IMG/VR virus record: IMGVR_UViG_3300044961_000667
Origin: a virus
Lineage: Duplodnaviria > Caudoviricetes
Strand: one strand, 5' to 3'
Length of the DNA stretch: 64,000 nt
Every line of letters begins with the position of its first letter. Position 1 is the stretch's first letter. Both the position numbers and the translations under genes were made by a program. The notes under the pieces are model-generated. The model did not search any database. It was not told the origin of the DNA and saw only the letters and a list, made by a program, of their open reading frames with translations. Of the stretch, positions 54,940-63,879 are shown piece after piece.

Positions 54940-55311
54940 TCAACGATGAGCGGACTTCACCGACATCGACATCATCTCTTCGATCGTGGGCTCGCCTTCG
55001 ATCACCCCGAAGATCTGGTCTTCGGAAACGACACGCCAGGACCTGCTTGCGCCATCCTGGTGGTAGCTCTTGTCGTTGAACTGGTTGCCCATGTAGCAGT
55101 CGAACGCCACCAGGTCGCCGACCTTCACGTCGTGCACGACCGGAACGTTCTTCTTCGTCAGCCCCTGGCCGAGAGCCACCACTCGACCGAACCTGAGCCG
55201 CGCCTCCTTCTGAACGGGGATCAGGATTCCCGCCGCCGTCTTCGTCTCGGTGGGAAGCGGAATGTCTTCGATCTGAACGAAACCGTGCAGCGGTCTCAGC
55301 TTTGGGGCCAT
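54940..55311 (-). CDS. groES: GroES-like co-chaperonin
   Basis: KLRPLHG...ETKTAAGILIP...GRVVALGQG...VKVGDLVAF...EDQIFGVIEG; start ATG 55311 with SD GGAG. Confidence 0.92.
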   Translation of the reverse strand: MAPKLRPLHGFVQIEDIPLPTETKTAAGILIPVQKEARLRFGRVVALGQGLTKKNVPVVHDVKVGDLVAFDCYMGNQFNDKSYHQDGASRSWRVVSEDQIFGVIEGEPTIEEMMSMSVKSAHR

Positions 55312-55381
55312 GAAGAGCGGACTCCGTTGAGGGTCAAAAGCGTCGACTGTCAATCACAGAATCCGCCCTTCGTCCACCGCA

Positions 55382-55768
55382 TCAGACGTCGGCCTGTCGC
55401 GAGGCCGAGGCGTGCAGGGCCTCCGGCGAGAGGACGGCTCCGCGGGAGCCTTTGACCTTCGTCGTCTTGGCGGGCGCCGGCGGCAGCTCCGTGGTGATCT
55501 GCGGCTTCACCTTCGTCCTGCCCTTCTTCGGCTTGGCCGACTCCTTCCGCTTCACGGCGAGGACGCTCCTGGCCTTCGCGATCGACTCACGACGCATCTT
55601 GCGAACGGCCGCGTCCTTGTCGAGGAAGTCGAGGATCCTGCCCTTGATCACTTCGGCAGCCGAGGCCACCGCCTTCTCCCGCGCTTCCGCCGCCAGCTCA
55701 TCGACGGCTGCATCCAGTTTCACCACTGCCTTCGCCTGCAGGGTGGCCACATCGTTCTGCTTCTTCAT
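55382..55768 (-). CDS. Hypothetical basic protein
   Basis: ATG 55768 with SD AAGGAG; K/A-rich tail. Confidence 0.55.
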   Translation of the reverse strand: MKKQNDVATLQAKAVVKLDAAVDELAAEAREKAVASAAEVIKGRILDFLDKDAAVRKMRRESIAKARSVLAVKRKESAKPKKGRTKVKPQITTELPPAPAKTTKVKGSRGAVLSPEALHASASRQADV

Positions 55769-55792
55769 GGTGCTCTCCTTGTGGAACAACGA

Positions 55793-56299
55793 TCACTTCT
55801 CCTGCTTCAGCCGCAGCAGCAATCTCGCTCGTAGCCGCTGCCTCAGCGCCTCCTTTGCCGCTGGTTCTGACTCCTGGTTGAACCTCGTGACCAACATCTG
55901 CGAGTCGGCCGCCCTGAATGCGACCGCCAGATCCACCGGGCTCTTGTCGTCGAGCGGGGCGTTGTAGAGCGCCCAGGCGAGCGGCGTCAGAGGCTTCTCG
56001 ATCCCGTACGACCTCAGAAGATCGAGCGCCTCCCTGATGAACGCGTCGATCTCTCGCATCGCCGAGGAGGCGTCGCTGCTCGACTCCGTCTCGGGGCTGT
56101 GCACCTTCAACCCCAGCCCGCGAACCCGGTCGAAGATCGACGCAGCCTCAGCCTCGATCGCTTCCTGCTTTCGACCTTCCAGGATGTACCCGTCACGCCT
56201 CATCTCGTCGATGATGTGGTCGCGCCACGCGAGCCTTTGCTCGTCGGTCCACTGCGCCATCGGCGCCGACGGCTCCTGGTAGCTACTCGTCTCGCTCAC
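55793..56299 (-). CDS. Hypothetical protein
   Basis: 168 aa helical ORF. Confidence 0.5.
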   Translation of the reverse strand: MSETSSYQEPSAPMAQWTDEQRLAWRDHIIDEMRRDGYILEGRKQEAIEAEAASIFDRVRGLGLKVHSPETESSSDASSAMREIDAFIREALDLLRSYGIEKPLTPLAWALYNAPLDDKSPVDLAVAFRAADSQMLVTRFNQESEPAAKEALRQRLRARLLLRLKQEK

Positions 56300-56693
56300 G
56301 CACCGCTCCGAGCATCTCCTGGAACACGCGCATGGGGATCAGTACCCAGTCGCGCTCAACAAGCACTCGACGCTGACCGCCCAGCTTCGACCCACCAACA
56401 GCACCTTCAAGCTCGATGCTCATCGCCGGCGCCTTGTTCTTCGCCTCAGCGATCTGCTCGATCTCCGCCAGCATGTCCGCGGTGACCGAAATGCTCGCGT
56501 GCTTGGTCCGCTTGCAGCTGACCATCAGGTCTGGAGCCGCAACGTCACCTTTCGCCCATGGAAGCGACCCGCTGGCGGGCTGTCTGCTGCCTCCAACTCG
56601 CTCGGCAACTCTCCGCTCTTGGCGTTTCACCGCCCTGGGGTTGTGGGCCGGCTCTTCTCCGAACAGGAAGGTCTGCGGTTTCCTCGACATCAC
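56283..56693 (-). CDS. Hjc-like PD-(D/E)xK nuclease/resolvase
   Basis: QERRVAERVGG...SGS...KGDV...VSCKRT. Confidence 0.7.
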   Translation of the reverse strand: MMSRKPQTFLFGEEPAHNPRAVKRQERRVAERVGGSRQPASGSLPWAKGDVAAPDLMVSCKRTKHASISVTADMLAEIEQIAEAKNKAPAMSIELEGAVGGSKLGGQRRVLVERDWVLIPMRVFQEMLGAVRERDE

Positions 56694-56989
56694 TTCACCC
56701 TTCGCAAGTGCCGCGGACGAACTCCGCGAGCTGGGTGCTCAGGAAGACCGAGCGCGTCCTGCAGCAGCGGGAGCACCTTCCCTTCATCCTGGTAGATGAA
56801 TCGCCCACCGATGGCGTGGATCTCCTCCGCGTAGTGGCCCTTCACGCAGACGCAGACGATCACCGACGGTGTCGGCGCTTCGGGCGGAGGAGGCTGCAGC
56901 AATCGCACGCCGCACCAGGGACACGCTTTCCAGACTCGTCTCCTCCACCACCGGAAGAGACGACCAAAGATCGCGAGCACCCAGTTCAT
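56690..56989 (-). CDS. Small Zn-finger protein
   Basis: CPWC and CVCVKGH. Confidence 0.5.
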   Translation of the reverse strand: MNWVLAIFGRLFRWWRRRVWKACPWCGVRLLQPPPPEAPTPSVIVCVCVKGHYAEEIHAIGGRFIYQDEGKVLPLLQDALGLPEHPARGVRPRHLRRVK

Positions 56990-58207
56990 TCAGACCGCCA
57001 GGAACACCTTCGACACGGCCTGCTTCGTCTGCTCGAAGAGCGGCCTGTTCTCCATCCACATCTTGACGATCTGGCTCTTCTGCAAGCTCTCGCCGTTGAA
57101 GAGGAACTTGGTCGCCTTCTCGGGGTCGTTCTTCAGCAGGCCGTACTTGAGCCCCATGCCGAACACCGTCTCCTCTTCGACGACCTCGCCCTTCTTGTGG
57201 AACTCCGTGTCGACCAGAGCGACGGTGTACTCGCCCTCCATGCCGGGTCGAGACGTCTTGTTCTTGACGACCTTGAAGTTCTGGATCTGGTAGAGCGGCT
57301 CGCGCATCACGCCGTTCTTCTCGTCGTCTTCGGTGCCGTCGAGGATCACCTTCCCCGACCACGAGCGAATCTCCACCGAGGTGATGAACTCCTGCATCAT
57401 CCCGCCGGGCCGCGTTTCGGGGTTGCCGAACATCACGCCGATCTTCATGCGGACCTGGTTGAGCAGGATCACCGTCGGCGCGGTGTACATCGTGCGTCCG
57501 GTCTCGTTCAGCGCCGAGTTGATCTTGCGGCACATCTTGTTGACCAGGCGAGGCTGAAGGCCCTGCTGCCACTTCTCCGACGACTGCTCGATCTCGTCGA
57601 TCGGAACGAGCGCAGCGATGGAGTCCAACACCATCAAGTCACACGCCTGGGTGCGCAGGATGGCGTCCACGACATCGACGGTCTGCTCCGCCGTCTCCGG
57701 CCGCATGAGATGCAGTTCGTCGGTCCACACGCCGAGGACACGAGCCCATCGGATGTCGAAGGCCCCCTCGGCGTCGACCCACACGCACTTCATCGGGCGG
57801 AACTTGTCCTTGCACGAGAGGCACTTGCCGGAACGCGTGACCTTCACCTCGCCGGTCTTCTCGTCGACCGTCTCCTGGATGTCCCAGATCGCGACCTGGT
57901 TGCAGAGAGCGCACTTGCGCTGAGCCTTGGCAACCGCACGCAGGCTGTTGGTCGTCTTCCCGGAAGACTTCAGGCCGAAGAACATCGTCACGCGACCCCG
58001 AGGGATGCCGCCACCCATCGCCAGGTCGAGCGAGAAGATCCCCGTCTCGATCCGTGGGACGTCGACAGACGACATGTCGTCGGCCACCAACACGGTGTTC
58101 TTGCCGTAGTCCTTGTTGATCTTCTGCATGACGAGCTTCAGCTTTTCCTCGGGCGAGAGATCCTTGCCCTTGTCAGCCTTCTTCTCGTCTTTCTTGGCAG
58201 CACACAT
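56990..58207 (-). CDS. recA: RecA/UvsX-like recombinase with Zn-finger insertion
   Basis: GIFSLDLAMGGGIPRGRV; GLKSSGKTT; VDAEG; VLDSIAALVP; LNQVRMKIGVMFGNPETRPGG. Confidence 0.95.
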   Translation of the reverse strand: MCAAKKDEKKADKGKDLSPEEKLKLVMQKINKDYGKNTVLVADDMSSVDVPRIETGIFSLDLAMGGGIPRGRVTMFFGLKSSGKTTNSLRAVAKAQRKCALCNQVAIWDIQETVDEKTGEVKVTRSGKCLSCKDKFRPMKCVWVDAEGAFDIRWARVLGVWTDELHLMRPETAEQTVDVVDAILRTQACDLMVLDSIAALVPIDEIEQSSEKWQQGLQPRLVNKMCRKINSALNETGRTMYTAPTVILLNQVRMKIGVMFGNPETRPGGMMQEFITSVEIRSWSGKVILDGTEDDEKNGVMREPLYQIQNFKVVKNKTSRPGMEGEYTVALVDTEFHKKGEVVEEETVFGMGLKYGLLKNDPEKATKFLFNGESLQKSQIVKMWMENRPLFEQTKQAVSKVFLAV

Positions 58208-58233
58208 GGTGACGCACCCCTCGGGCGACTTGG

Positions 58234-58590
58234 TCAGACTCCGGTTTGCTTCTTGATGATGGACATGATCGCGTCACGCTCCTTCGCGATCTTGTCCTCC
58301 GCCCAGGCCATCGCTTCCTTGAAGCACGCCTCTTTCTCTTCGGCGTAGCAGGGAAGCGACAACCCGACGTCGACCTTCACCGAATGGTACTGCTTCGGGG
58401 AGATCGTCATGCCCAGGCCGACGAACACCTTGGCGGGCTCGGTGAGGAACTTGCGAACCTCGATCACCTGCCCATCGATGTCGGCGCCCTGGGTGACGTT
58501 CCCGTCTCCGTCCTTGTAGGTCGACCGCACCCACATCTTGCCTTCTGCGGCGATCAATTCCGCCGGCTTCGGCTTCGTCTCGTCTGCCAT
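58234..58590 (-). CDS. Hypothetical protein
   Basis: 118 aa ORF with SD GAGG. Confidence 0.55.
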   Translation of the reverse strand: MADETKPKPAELIAAEGKMWVRSTYKDGDGNVTQGADIDGQVIEVRKFLTEPAKVFVGLGMTISPKQYHSVKVDVGLSLPCYAEEKEACFKEAMAWAEDKIAKERDAIMSIIKKQTGV

Positions 58591-58613
58591 CTCCGTCCTC
58601 GCTTTCAGGGCCC

Positions 58614-58856
58614 TCAGCCCTTCTTCTTCGTCGTCTTGCTGCTCGCCTGCTTCGCTTCCATGAGCGCCTGGCGCTTCTTGCGATTCGCCTTCGCCCTCTC
58701 CAGCGCCCGCGCCCGATAGGCGGGGTCGCTGTTGTACTTCTGCTTCCGCTTCTCCTTCAGCTCAGCCGCCTTCTGCTCGTAGTACTCGGCGTTGTAGCTG
58801 GAGATCTGCTTGCGGTGAGCGTCAGCCCACTTCTTGTTCGACTCTGCTTTGCTCAT
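58614..58856 (-). CDS. Small basic helical protein
   Basis: 80 aa K/R-rich, SD AAGGA, downstream of sigma70-like promoter. Confidence 0.55.
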   Translation of the reverse strand: MSKAESNKKWADAHRKQISSYNAEYYEQKAAELKEKRKQKYNSDPAYRARALERAKANRKKRQALMEAKQASSKTTKKKG

Positions 58857-58892
58857 GCGAGTTCCTTCGCCCTCCCATCAAGACCAGCGGCG

Positions 58893-58921
58893 ATGGTACG
58901 GACATCGGCCCCTTTCGTCAA
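58893..58921 (-). promoter_or_regulatory. Sigma70-like promoter
   Basis: TTGACG-N17-TACCAT; the -35 overlaps the helicase stop codon. Confidence 0.65.
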
Positions 58922-60429
58922 GAGGAGCCTTGGCCGACAGTCCCCTGTCCTCCCTTCCTCAGCACGAAGGGCGTTCCGAACTTCTTGTAGAACTCCTCTC
59001 GGCGGCCCGACATCGCAGCGAAGTCGTCGATCAACTGGTCGATGAAGTCGACGACCAGCGGCTCCTTCTTGCCGTCGAATGGCCGCAAGATGCGCCCCAC
59101 CGCCTGCTCCACATCCGACTTCGGCGAAGCCAGGAACAGCGTGTCCACCCACGGGAGATCAAGTCCCTCCGCGGCCATCTGGTAGGTGCCGAGGATGACA
59201 TCAGCGCGCCCCGCCACCTCAAGCTCTTCCTCGGAGCGCCCGCCGACGTAGAAGTCGGTCCACGCAGAGGCCGGCACCTCCAGGGGACCACGCACCTTCT
59301 CGAACTGAGCCTTGATGCGGTCGAGGTGCTTCAGCTTCTCACTCAAGACCAGCACCTTGCGGCCGGCCTTCACCGCACGCCCCAGCTCTTCGGCGATGAA
59401 CCTGTTCCGCACCTCGTTCGCGCACAGGATCTTCATCTTGGTGGAACGCGTCAGCTGTCCAGGCTCCATCGTCGGCGTCCGGAAGATGTCGAACGACGTG
59501 GTCGCCCGCCGAATCTTCGGGATCAGCCGCCGCTCCGTCGCGGTGAAGCCGATCGTCCCCAAGTGCCAGAAGAACGCGTTCTCGCAGCCGTCCTTTCGTC
59601 TCGGCGTCGCGGTGAGTCCGAGTCGGAACCTGGCGGTGAACAGCGGGCAGACTGGCACCCAGGTCGGCGCACCCATGCGGTGCTCCTCGTCGGCGATGAT
59701 CAGCCCGAACGAGTGCACCATGTCGGGCGGGAACCTGGTCTTCCCCTCCCAGTCCGGCGGACCCTTGCCGACGGTGTAGCCGTGCTTCTTCATCTCGCCA
59801 GCCCACGCGCCCAACGACTGGATCATGCCGATGCAGACGTCAGCGTCCAGCTCGGCCTTCTGCTCCTGGATGAGGCCGATCTTGATGCCCGGCATCACCG
59901 TCTGCAGGCGCTCTCTCCACTGGTTCAGCAGGAACTCCTTGTGGACGAGCACGAGCGTCTTGCGCCGAATCTCCGAGATGACCGACGCAGCCCAGATCGT
60001 CTTGCCCCAGCCGGTGGGAGCCTGGAGGCTCGTCCCCAGTGACGCCGGCGAGGGCTCGAATGTGGCCTTGTACCGGTCGACGACGTGCTGCTTGGCCTTC
60101 AGCTGCTCCTCACGCAGCTTGAACTCCTTCCACACCCCTTCGGGCGAGAGGATGCGCTCGGCCATCTTCGCCCGCTCCGTCGGGATCTCAGCGCCGTCGG
60201 CGACCTCGATCGAGTACGCGTGGTTCTCCCGCCTGTTGGCGAAGAACCATTCGCGCGGGACGCGAAGGAACTCTTCGTCTTCCTCGTACAGCCGAATCGG
60301 CAGCACCATGTCCTGGTGCTCGCTCGTCTTCCGCGGCTGAATCGTCAGCATGTCGCGGATGACGGCAAGTCGTCCGTGGTTCAGGTCGCTCTTCGGCAGA
60401 GCCACCCAACCTGAAATCTTCACTCGCAT
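58918..60429 (-). CDS. Superfamily 2 DNA helicase (UvsW-like)
   Basis: APTGWGKT; IIADEEH; GLTATPRRKDG; EGLDLP; EQAVGRILR. Confidence 0.93.
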   Translation of the reverse strand: MRVKISGWVALPKSDLNHGRLAVIRDMLTIQPRKTSEHQDMVLPIRLYEEDEEFLRVPREWFFANRRENHAYSIEVADGAEIPTERAKMAERILSPEGVWKEFKLREEQLKAKQHVVDRYKATFEPSPASLGTSLQAPTGWGKTIWAASVISEIRRKTLVLVHKEFLLNQWRERLQTVMPGIKIGLIQEQKAELDADVCIGMIQSLGAWAGEMKKHGYTVGKGPPDWEGKTRFPPDMVHSFGLIIADEEHRMGAPTWVPVCPLFTARFRLGLTATPRRKDGCENAFFWHLGTIGFTATERRLIPKIRRATTSFDIFRTPTMEPGQLTRSTKMKILCANEVRNRFIAEELGRAVKAGRKVLVLSEKLKHLDRIKAQFEKVRGPLEVPASAWTDFYVGGRSEEELEVAGRADVILGTYQMAAEGLDLPWVDTLFLASPKSDVEQAVGRILRPFDGKKEPLVVDFIDQLIDDFAAMSGRREEFYKKFGTPFVLRKGGQGTVGQGSS

Positions 60430-60450
60430 TCGTGAGCCTCGGAGAAGACT

Positions 60451-60488
60451 CGGCCCGCGCCATCATCCGTGGACAGTGGCGCGGGCCG
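60451..60488 (-). terminator. GC-rich hairpin after the gp32-like SSB gene
   Basis: 12-bp perfect stem CGGCCCGCGCCA/TGGCGCGGGCCG; weak U-tract. Confidence 0.5.
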
Positions 60489-60512
60489 GAGAGATTTGCC
60501 TACTGCGTCAGC

Positions 60513-61253
60513 TCAGAACGGGACGTCTTCGTCCGCCTGGTTGCTGGCGCCGCCGCCACTGCTGCCACCACCACCGCCGTTCTTGATCTGCTCGTACACG
60601 TTGAGCAGCTCCTTGCGGGTGCGGGGCTTGATGGTCTTCGTGAAGTCGAACGGGTCCAGGTTGAACTTCTCGATGAACTCCGACTTCGCGCCCTGCGCCT
60701 TGAAGTGCGACTTGCAGGCGTCGAGCAGCTCGGGGAGCTTCCACTCCTTCACGAACTCCATGTCGTCGCCGGTCGCCGGCGTCTGGTCACCGGAGTCGCG
60801 GGTGAACGCGAACTCGACGCCGATGAGCGAGCCACGCTTCTCCTTGTGACGCTTGATCTTCGCGGCGATCTTGTCCTTCGCCGCGAAGGTCTGCTTCTGG
60901 TACTTGATGATCTTCCCGTCGTCCTTCTTCCACTCCGACAGGTCGAGGATCGAGAACAGGCCGATGAAGTACTTGTTGATCGGCAGCTTCTCGTTGCGCC
61001 CCACGTCGAGCGGGCACGGACCATCGATCATCGAGATGCAGACGTCGTGGTTGCCCCACTGACCGTTGAGCTTGTAGTCGTGCTCCCAGAAGCCGAACGG
61101 ATCGTCCGACAGGAACACGATGTTCTTCGTGTTGAACTGCCCTGGCTTGGGCTTCGGGATGAAGAACCGACGCGGACCGAACTCACGCGCACGCTCTTCC
61201 TTCGCCTTCTCGTAACCGCCGAATCCGGTACCCCACCACTGTCCACTGGTCAT
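60513..61253 (-). CDS. Phage ssDNA-binding protein (gp32-like)
   Basis: FWEH...C..C Zn-type ligands; Gly-rich linker and acidic DEDVPF tail; in replication cluster. Confidence 0.75.
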   Translation of the reverse strand: MTSGQWWGTGFGGYEKAKEERAREFGPRRFFIPKPKPGQFNTKNIVFLSDDPFGFWEHDYKLNGQWGNHDVCISMIDGPCPLDVGRNEKLPINKYFIGLFSILDLSEWKKDDGKIIKYQKQTFAAKDKIAAKIKRHKEKRGSLIGVEFAFTRDSGDQTPATGDDMEFVKEWKLPELLDACKSHFKAQGAKSEFIEKFNLDPFDFTKTIKPRTRKELLNVYEQIKNGGGGGSSGGGASNQADEDVPF

Positions 61254-61337
61254 TTCGACTCTCCGTGCGGATTTCCCGCTGTTGGTGCCCCATCTAGGGC
61301 CGTTGCCCGGCGACATGCCGGTGACTGCTCTTCTACA

Positions 61338-61691
61338 TCAGGATGCGGCGGTCGAGGAAGTGCTCAACGGCAATTCCCCATCCTTCTGCTTCGACTTCCT
61401 CGGGTTGGCAGGCTGCACCTCCCCGTACCTTCCAGCGATCTCCAACGCCAGGTTCTTCGCGCGCTGCCTGCAGTTCTCGCACAGGTGCTCGAAGACGATC
61501 TGCACGCCGAGGACATCGACGTTCAGCTTGGTGGCGAACTTCTCGGCCTCCTCAGCCTGCAGCTTGTCGAAGTCGCTCACCGGACCGGACTGCTCCGGAC
61601 GCTCCCTCTTCACCCGCTCGTGGACCAGCTGGGCCAGGTCAGTCATCTTGTGACAGCGATCGCATTCTGCCGTTTGCCTCGTGTGAATCAT
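61338..61691 (-). CDS. Zn-binding hypothetical protein
   Basis: CDRC and CENC. Confidence 0.5.
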   Translation of the reverse strand: MIHTRQTAECDRCHKMTDLAQLVHERVKRERPEQSGPVSDFDKLQAEEAEKFATKLNVDVLGVQIVFEHLCENCRQRAKNLALEIAGRYGEVQPANPRKSKQKDGELPLSTSSTAAS

Positions 61692-62986
61692 CGCGTTCCT
61701 CCGGGTTCCGTCTGAGAGCCAGGATGCACCGTAACACCATCAGCGATTTCGTCAAGAGGAGAGTACGCGGGCTCGTAGTTCACCAGCTTGGCGAACTCCT
61801 CTTTCGACATCTCTCCTGGGTCAAGCCCATTCGGCGGCATCACCACCCTCACCGGCATCACCTGACCCAACGCCTTCTTGATGCGCTCGCCGATCTCGAT
61901 GCCGGGCTGGTCGCCGTCAGGCACGACAATCACCTCGTCGACCCACTGCGACAGCTTCTGCTGATGCACCGGAGACATCGAGCCACCCATGACGGCGAAG
62001 ACGTTGCGGTAGCCCATCCGGTACAGCCCCATCACGTCCGCAAAGCCTTCAACCAAGATGGCTCGGCGCTCCTCCTCCACTCGCTTGTGCTCCCCGTACA
62101 GGAACAGGTTCCTCAGGAACTTCTGCCGGTGGAAGAACTTGCTCGGCTTGGTCCGTCGGCAACTGGGGCACGCGTTCTCCATCTCCTTCTTGCCGTGCTC
62201 TACGCAGTCGCCGCCTGGGAAGAACTTCTTGCACTTGAGGCAGTACGGCTCGAACAGCGAGTAGTCCACCCTGTCTCGGCATGCACACCGTTGGTCGATC
62301 AAACGGCCGCTCCACCCGACGAGGCGCTGCTTGCAGTCACGCACGGGGAAGATCACACGCCACGATCTGAACCACTTCTGCTTCAGGTTCTTGTCGACGT
62401 AGGGCACCTTGTCGACGACTCCCAGCTCCCAGAATCGAGCGTCGGTGAGCGTCAGCTTGCGCTTCTCCAGGAACTCCCGAGCCCACTGCTTCACCTCCGC
62501 GGGCACCGGCTTCTTCCACAGCGCCGCCTCCTCGTCTGGCACCAGCTCGACGCCCTTCTGTAGCTCATCGAGGTTCGTACCCAGGATCTTGCGCGCCTGG
62601 TCCGCGGTGACTCGAACACCACCGATGTCGACCGGCGGGAGGCGCTCGTAGGTGAGCACCTTCTTCCCGACTCGCTGTCGCACGTCGTGCTTCTCGTGCT
62701 CGTAGACGAACCGGATCATCTCCGACATGTCCCGGCCGCTGTGCATCTGGATCGCCCAGACCAGCTCCTTCAGATCGGAGCCCTTCGCGCCGCACGTTGC
62801 CGACATGCAGTAGAAGCCCGAAGGCCCGTCAGGCACGATCTTCACGCCGAAGGACGGGTGCGTGTCGTAGCCCTTCTGGTGCTTCCACTGCGCCAGGGGA
62901 CACGTCGAGTTGACGTAGCTCCTGCTTTGCTTGAACCGCGTTCCGCCGAGCTTCGTCAGAAACTCGACGATGTCTGGGGCCAACAT
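61688..62986 (-). CDS. dnaG: DnaG-type DNA primase
   Basis: N-terminal CP...H...C..C Zn domain; VIFPVRD...VGWSGR; Toprim LVEGFADV and PDGDQPG. Confidence 0.92.
   Translation of the reverse strand: MLAPDIVEFLTKLGGTRFKQSRSYVNSTCPLAQWKHQKGYDTHPSFGVKIVPDGPSGFYCMSATCGAKGSDLKELVWAIQMHSGRDMSEMIRFVYEHEKHDVRQRVGKKVLTYERLPPVDIGGVRVTADQARKILGTNLDELQKGVELVPDEEAALWKKPVPAEVKQWAREFLEKRKLTLTDARFWELGVVDKVPYVDKNLKQKWFRSWRVIFPVRDCKQRLVGWSGRLIDQRCACRDRVDYSLFEPYCLKCKKFFPGGDCVEHGKKEMENACPSCRRTKPSKFFHRQKFLRNLFLYGEHKRVEEERRAILVEGFADVMGLYRMGYRNVFAVMGGSMSPVHQQKLSQWVDEVIVVPDGDQPGIEIGERIKKALGQVMPVRVVMPPNGLDPGEMSKEEFAKLVNYEPAYSPLDEIADGVTVHPGSQTEPGGTR
61728..61755 (-). promoter_or_regulatory. Sigma70-like promoter within the primase 3' end
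   Basis: TTGACG-N16-TACGGT with TG extension; shares CTCCTCTTGACGAAA with the promoter at 58893-58921. Confidence 0.6.
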
Positions 62987-63026
62987 CTCCGCACCTCGCT
63001 GTCATCGACATCCATCAGAACTGCAT

Positions 63027-63878
63027 CTACGCCAGCAGCTTCGCCCAGGTGACGGGCCCAACCGCGCCATCCACCTTGAGCCCGTTCGCCTGTTGGAAGC
63101 TGCGCACGATCACGTCCAGCCCGCCTTGCCAGTCTCCGTCGATCTTCCCGACGTTGTAGCCCTTCTTCGCCAGTGCTCGCTGCAGGTCTTCCACCCACGG
63201 GTTCAACATCCCGAAGGTGAGCGTCGGCCGCATGGCCGGTCCCTCGACGGCGAACCGGAACAGATCCTTCGCAGTCCACACCGTCACGCCCACGGTCGGC
63301 AGCTTCTTGAAGTGCGTCTCGACCAGAGACATGAACTTCTTCCAGGGTACGCCATCCCACCCGCCGGCGACGTTCAGGCAGCCGGCAGACCAGTTGCCGA
63401 TCAGCTTCGTGCCGCCCGCGTGCACGTTCACGCCGAACGAGCCAATCGCCACCTTCTCACCGGGCGACGGCACGAAGTTCTTGTCCAGATCGCGCCACAC
63501 ACGGTTGATCTCCTTGAACGCGCGAAGCGCCGGGCGACCACCAGCTGCCGGGTGCAGCCCACGCACGTACAGGTGCTGACCGAAGGTGAGGTGCGCCTGG
63601 CCCAGCGGGTTGTTGAGGTACTGCGGATCAGCACCTGGGTCGACGGTCCCGAGGAAAGCGTGCGCTTCCGAAGCCCCCACTTCCGTCCGGTTCGCGACGA
63701 TGATCGTGTCGTTGTACTCGTTGACCGCGTTGGCGTTCAGCTCCAACGAGCCGTCAGCTCTCGGGTTCGCCCCCTGCACCGCGAGCAGGTTCATCTCTCC
63801 AACGCCGAGGTCGACGCGCACGCGGAGGTACGCAAGGAACTTCGTCACCAAGTCGTAGCTGATGCTCAGCGTGCTCAT
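63027..63878 (-). CDS. Putative endolysin: His/Cys (YkuD-like) catalytic domain + PG_binding_1
   Basis: VNVHAGG...WSAGC; C-terminal LQRALAKKGYNVGKIDGDW...VRSFQQANGLKVDGAVGPVTWAKL. Confidence 0.75.
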   Translation of the reverse strand: MSTLSISYDLVTKFLAYLRVRVDLGVGEMNLLAVQGANPRADGSLELNANAVNEYNDTIIVANRTEVGASEAHAFLGTVDPGADPQYLNNPLGQAHLTFGQHLYVRGLHPAAGGRPALRAFKEINRVWRDLDKNFVPSPGEKVAIGSFGVNVHAGGTKLIGNWSAGCLNVAGGWDGVPWKKFMSLVETHFKKLPTVGVTVWTAKDLFRFAVEGPAMRPTLTFGMLNPWVEDLQRALAKKGYNVGKIDGDWQGGLDVIVRSFQQANGLKVDGAVGPVTWAKLLA

Positions 63879-63879
63879 G

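Noticed and set aside
55312-55353. Longer TTG start for groES given in the ORF track
   Set aside because: ATG 55311 has an SD and matches the GroES N-terminus (KLRPL)
59690-59700. DEEH instead of DEAH/DECH in helicase motif II as a sign of inactivation
   Set aside because: Catalytic DE and all other SF2 motifs are intact; the third position is variable
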